Positions 62,707 to 64,000 of a DNA stretch of 64,000 nt are shown piece by piece (the first letter of the stretch is position 1; every line of letters starts with the position of its first letter). Both the position numbers and the translations under genes were made by a program. This DNA is from an uncultured Candidatus Saccharibacteria bacterium (lineage in GTDB: Bacteria; Patescibacteriota; Saccharimonadia; Saccharimonadales; JAGQNJ01), in NCBI GenBank assembly GCA_964426845.1, contig CAYRSA010000003.1, positions 6,751-70,750 of the forward strand. Reading direction: 5' to 3'. The notes beneath the pieces were generated by a model. It saw nothing but the letters and a program-made list of their open reading frames with translations, had not been told where the DNA came from and did not search any database.

Positions 62707-63447
62707 ATGAAAATAATTTCTGGAAACATAAGACAAAGTCTACCTCGTGAAGTAGCACTGGAAGATATAAATAGGGCAATAGAAACCTGTAATCCAGATA
62801 TAATTTGTCTGCAGGAAGCAACCGTGGATACATTAAGAGATGCGGCAAGCGGCTACGTAGGGGCAGTTGCGACCGAGCATGGTTTAGAACCAACTTTTGC
62901 ACAAACGCGTCATTTTCACAGCCGTTCCGGTGATATACATAGCGGTTTAGCAACGCTAGTCAGAGCCGAAATAGCGAACGACGTGGAAACTCGTGAAGTT
63001 GAACTCAACAGCCAACGCATACATACCCTATTTCGACCTATTGGTCGCAGGGCCTTGCTTATTACGACAATTACCGAAGCTGATAGATCTCTACACGTTG
63101 TAAATGCCCATCTTTCTTACCCGGGCATAAATCCATTAGCACGCAGGCGAGAGTGGAAGAAAGTCTTTGAAATTGTAAACGGACTAGAAGGAGACGTGGT
63201 TATTAGTGGCGACTTCAATGTACGACCCAACAGTCAGTTCATTCAAGAGTGTAACCGTCGTTGGCGACAAGTTACCGACCACACTAAAGCAACCTTTCAC
63301 AACCTATACAGTTTTGTACCGAAGTCTCTGAAAGAACGTACCATAGACTATGTTTTTACCAACAAAGACTTTAAAAGGAAGGTCTCTGTTTCACAGCTTC
63401 CGCCAAATCACTCGGATCATATCTGGCACTCCATTGATGTCAGTTAG
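62707..63447 (+). CDS. endonuclease/exonuclease/phosphatase (EEP) family protein
   Basis: DIICLQEA (catalytic Glu), VISGDFN and a C-terminal NHSDH motif. Confidence 0.75.
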   Translation: MKIISGNIRQSLPREVALEDINRAIETCNPDIICLQEATVDTLRDAASGYVGAVATEHGLEPTFAQTRHFHSRSGDIHSGLATLVRAEIANDVETREVELNSQRIHTLFRPIGRRALLITTITEADRSLHVVNAHLSYPGINPLARRREWKKVFEIVNGLEGDVVISGDFNVRPNSQFIQECNRRWRQVTDHTKATFHNLYSFVPKSLKERTIDYVFTNKDFKRKVSVSQLPPNHSDHIWHSIDVS

Positions 63448-63620
63448 TGTTTAACTCTTGCAAAGTACTCGATAATCTACTTGCTTTGCACAGCAGCGCT
63501 TATGCTATACTAGGCCTAAGATGAATGTTGGCATATGTCCTCGGTGGGCGCTAGGCCAAACATCATAGGGAAAAGCATGAATAAAGTACAGAAAATACAA
63601 ATCATTGCGAGGTGCAGATA

Positions 63621-64000
63621 ATGGGTCTTCTCAGTGGCGTGAGCGACTTTTTTGGATTAGACTTGGGCACCACAGCGGCCCGGATCGTCCAGCTGAAGGG
63701 CAACGGGCCCAGTAAAATCCTGGTCCGATATGCAGCCGCACCAATTGACAGTACGCTGGCAGCCAGCGATGCAAATGCCGATCAGCAGAAGGTCCTGCAG
63801 ACCCTGCGCGATCTGATTGCTTCTTCTCAAATCACTACTCGCAATGTGGCGGTTGGCATTCCATCTCATAAAGTCTTTACAACAGTAGTAGATATTGACC
63901 GGCTATCGCCGAGCGAGCTGGCTAAAACTATCCAGTTGCAGGCCGACTCCTTGATTCCTACGCCACTGGCCGACTCAAAAATTGACTGGGCCGTACTCGG
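63621..64000 (+). CDS. pilM: type IV pilus assembly protein PilM, N-terminal part (runs off window end)
   Basis: MGLLSGVSDFFGLDLGTTAARIVQLKGNG...VAVGIPSHKVFTTVVDIDRLSPSELAKTIQLQADSLIPTP. It has an actin-like ATPase N-terminus typical of PilM. A GAGGTG SD lies 7 nt upstream. The ORF is missing from the track because it is truncated. Confidence 0.8.
   Translation, partial: MGLLSGVSDFFGLDLGTTAARIVQLKGNGPSKILVRYAAAPIDSTLAASDANADQQKVLQTLRDLIASSQITTRNVAVGIPSHKVFTTVVDIDRLSPSELAKTIQLQADSLIPTPLADSKIDWAVL

Noticed and set aside
62693-62953. Minus-strand 86-aa ORF spanning the junction of the 61795 and 62707 genes, and the minus-strand ORF 63657-63869 inside pilM
   Set aside because: Both are antisense to better-supported genes. 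They have no start signals and their translations are hydrophobic, low-complexity shadow sequence.

Overview
The window is gene-dense on both strands, with about 70 protein-coding genes and two adjacent tRNA-Ser genes. I saw no rRNA, CRISPR array, transposase, integrase or obvious prophage. Most genes are housekeeping: valS, tsaD, murE, groES/groEL behind a CIRCE-like operator, argS, a Glu/Leu/Phe/Val-type dehydrogenase, mscL, msrB, orn, dnaG-rpoD, polA, mutM, holA, rpsT, truB, rpsO-pnp, a family-4 UDG, RNase J, ftsK, rpsF-ssb-rpsR, efp, tlyA, ychF and the 5' part of pilM. The compact layout, many small membrane proteins of unknown function, a CarS(DUF46)-like lipid gene and RNase J suggest a reduced-genome Patescibacteria/CPR organism, possibly Saccharibacteria-like. 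That placement is inference, since no search was possible. Standard code 11 fits, with TGA used as a stop. The clearest sequence-level pattern is a TATAAT-like -10 hexamer only 6-8 nt upstream of the ATG at more than 20 genes, which implies leaderless mRNAs. A second set of genes has classical Shine-Dalgarno leaders. Candidate accessory or novel loci:
- An EndoU-nuclease-like gene with a small acidic partner (10.1-11.2 kb).
- An amidinotransferase-fold gene divergent from two coupled kinase-like genes (11.2-13.8 kb).
- A three-gene lipid operon: CDP-alcohol phosphatidyltransferase, PHP phosphoesterase and CarS-like (18.5-20.3 kb).
- A TrmB-like regulator with palindromic operators, divergent from two large unknown proteins, one with sigma-70-like region 2/4 signatures (31.8-35.2 kb).
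- A split phosphotransferase with rifampin-phosphotransferase-like domain order (37.9-39.7 kb).
- A promoter-equipped pair encoding a PARP/Tpt1-like 'WHGT' protein and an EEP phosphodiesterase (61.7-63.4 kb).

All functional calls rest on motif recognition by eye and need HMM or structure-based confirmation.
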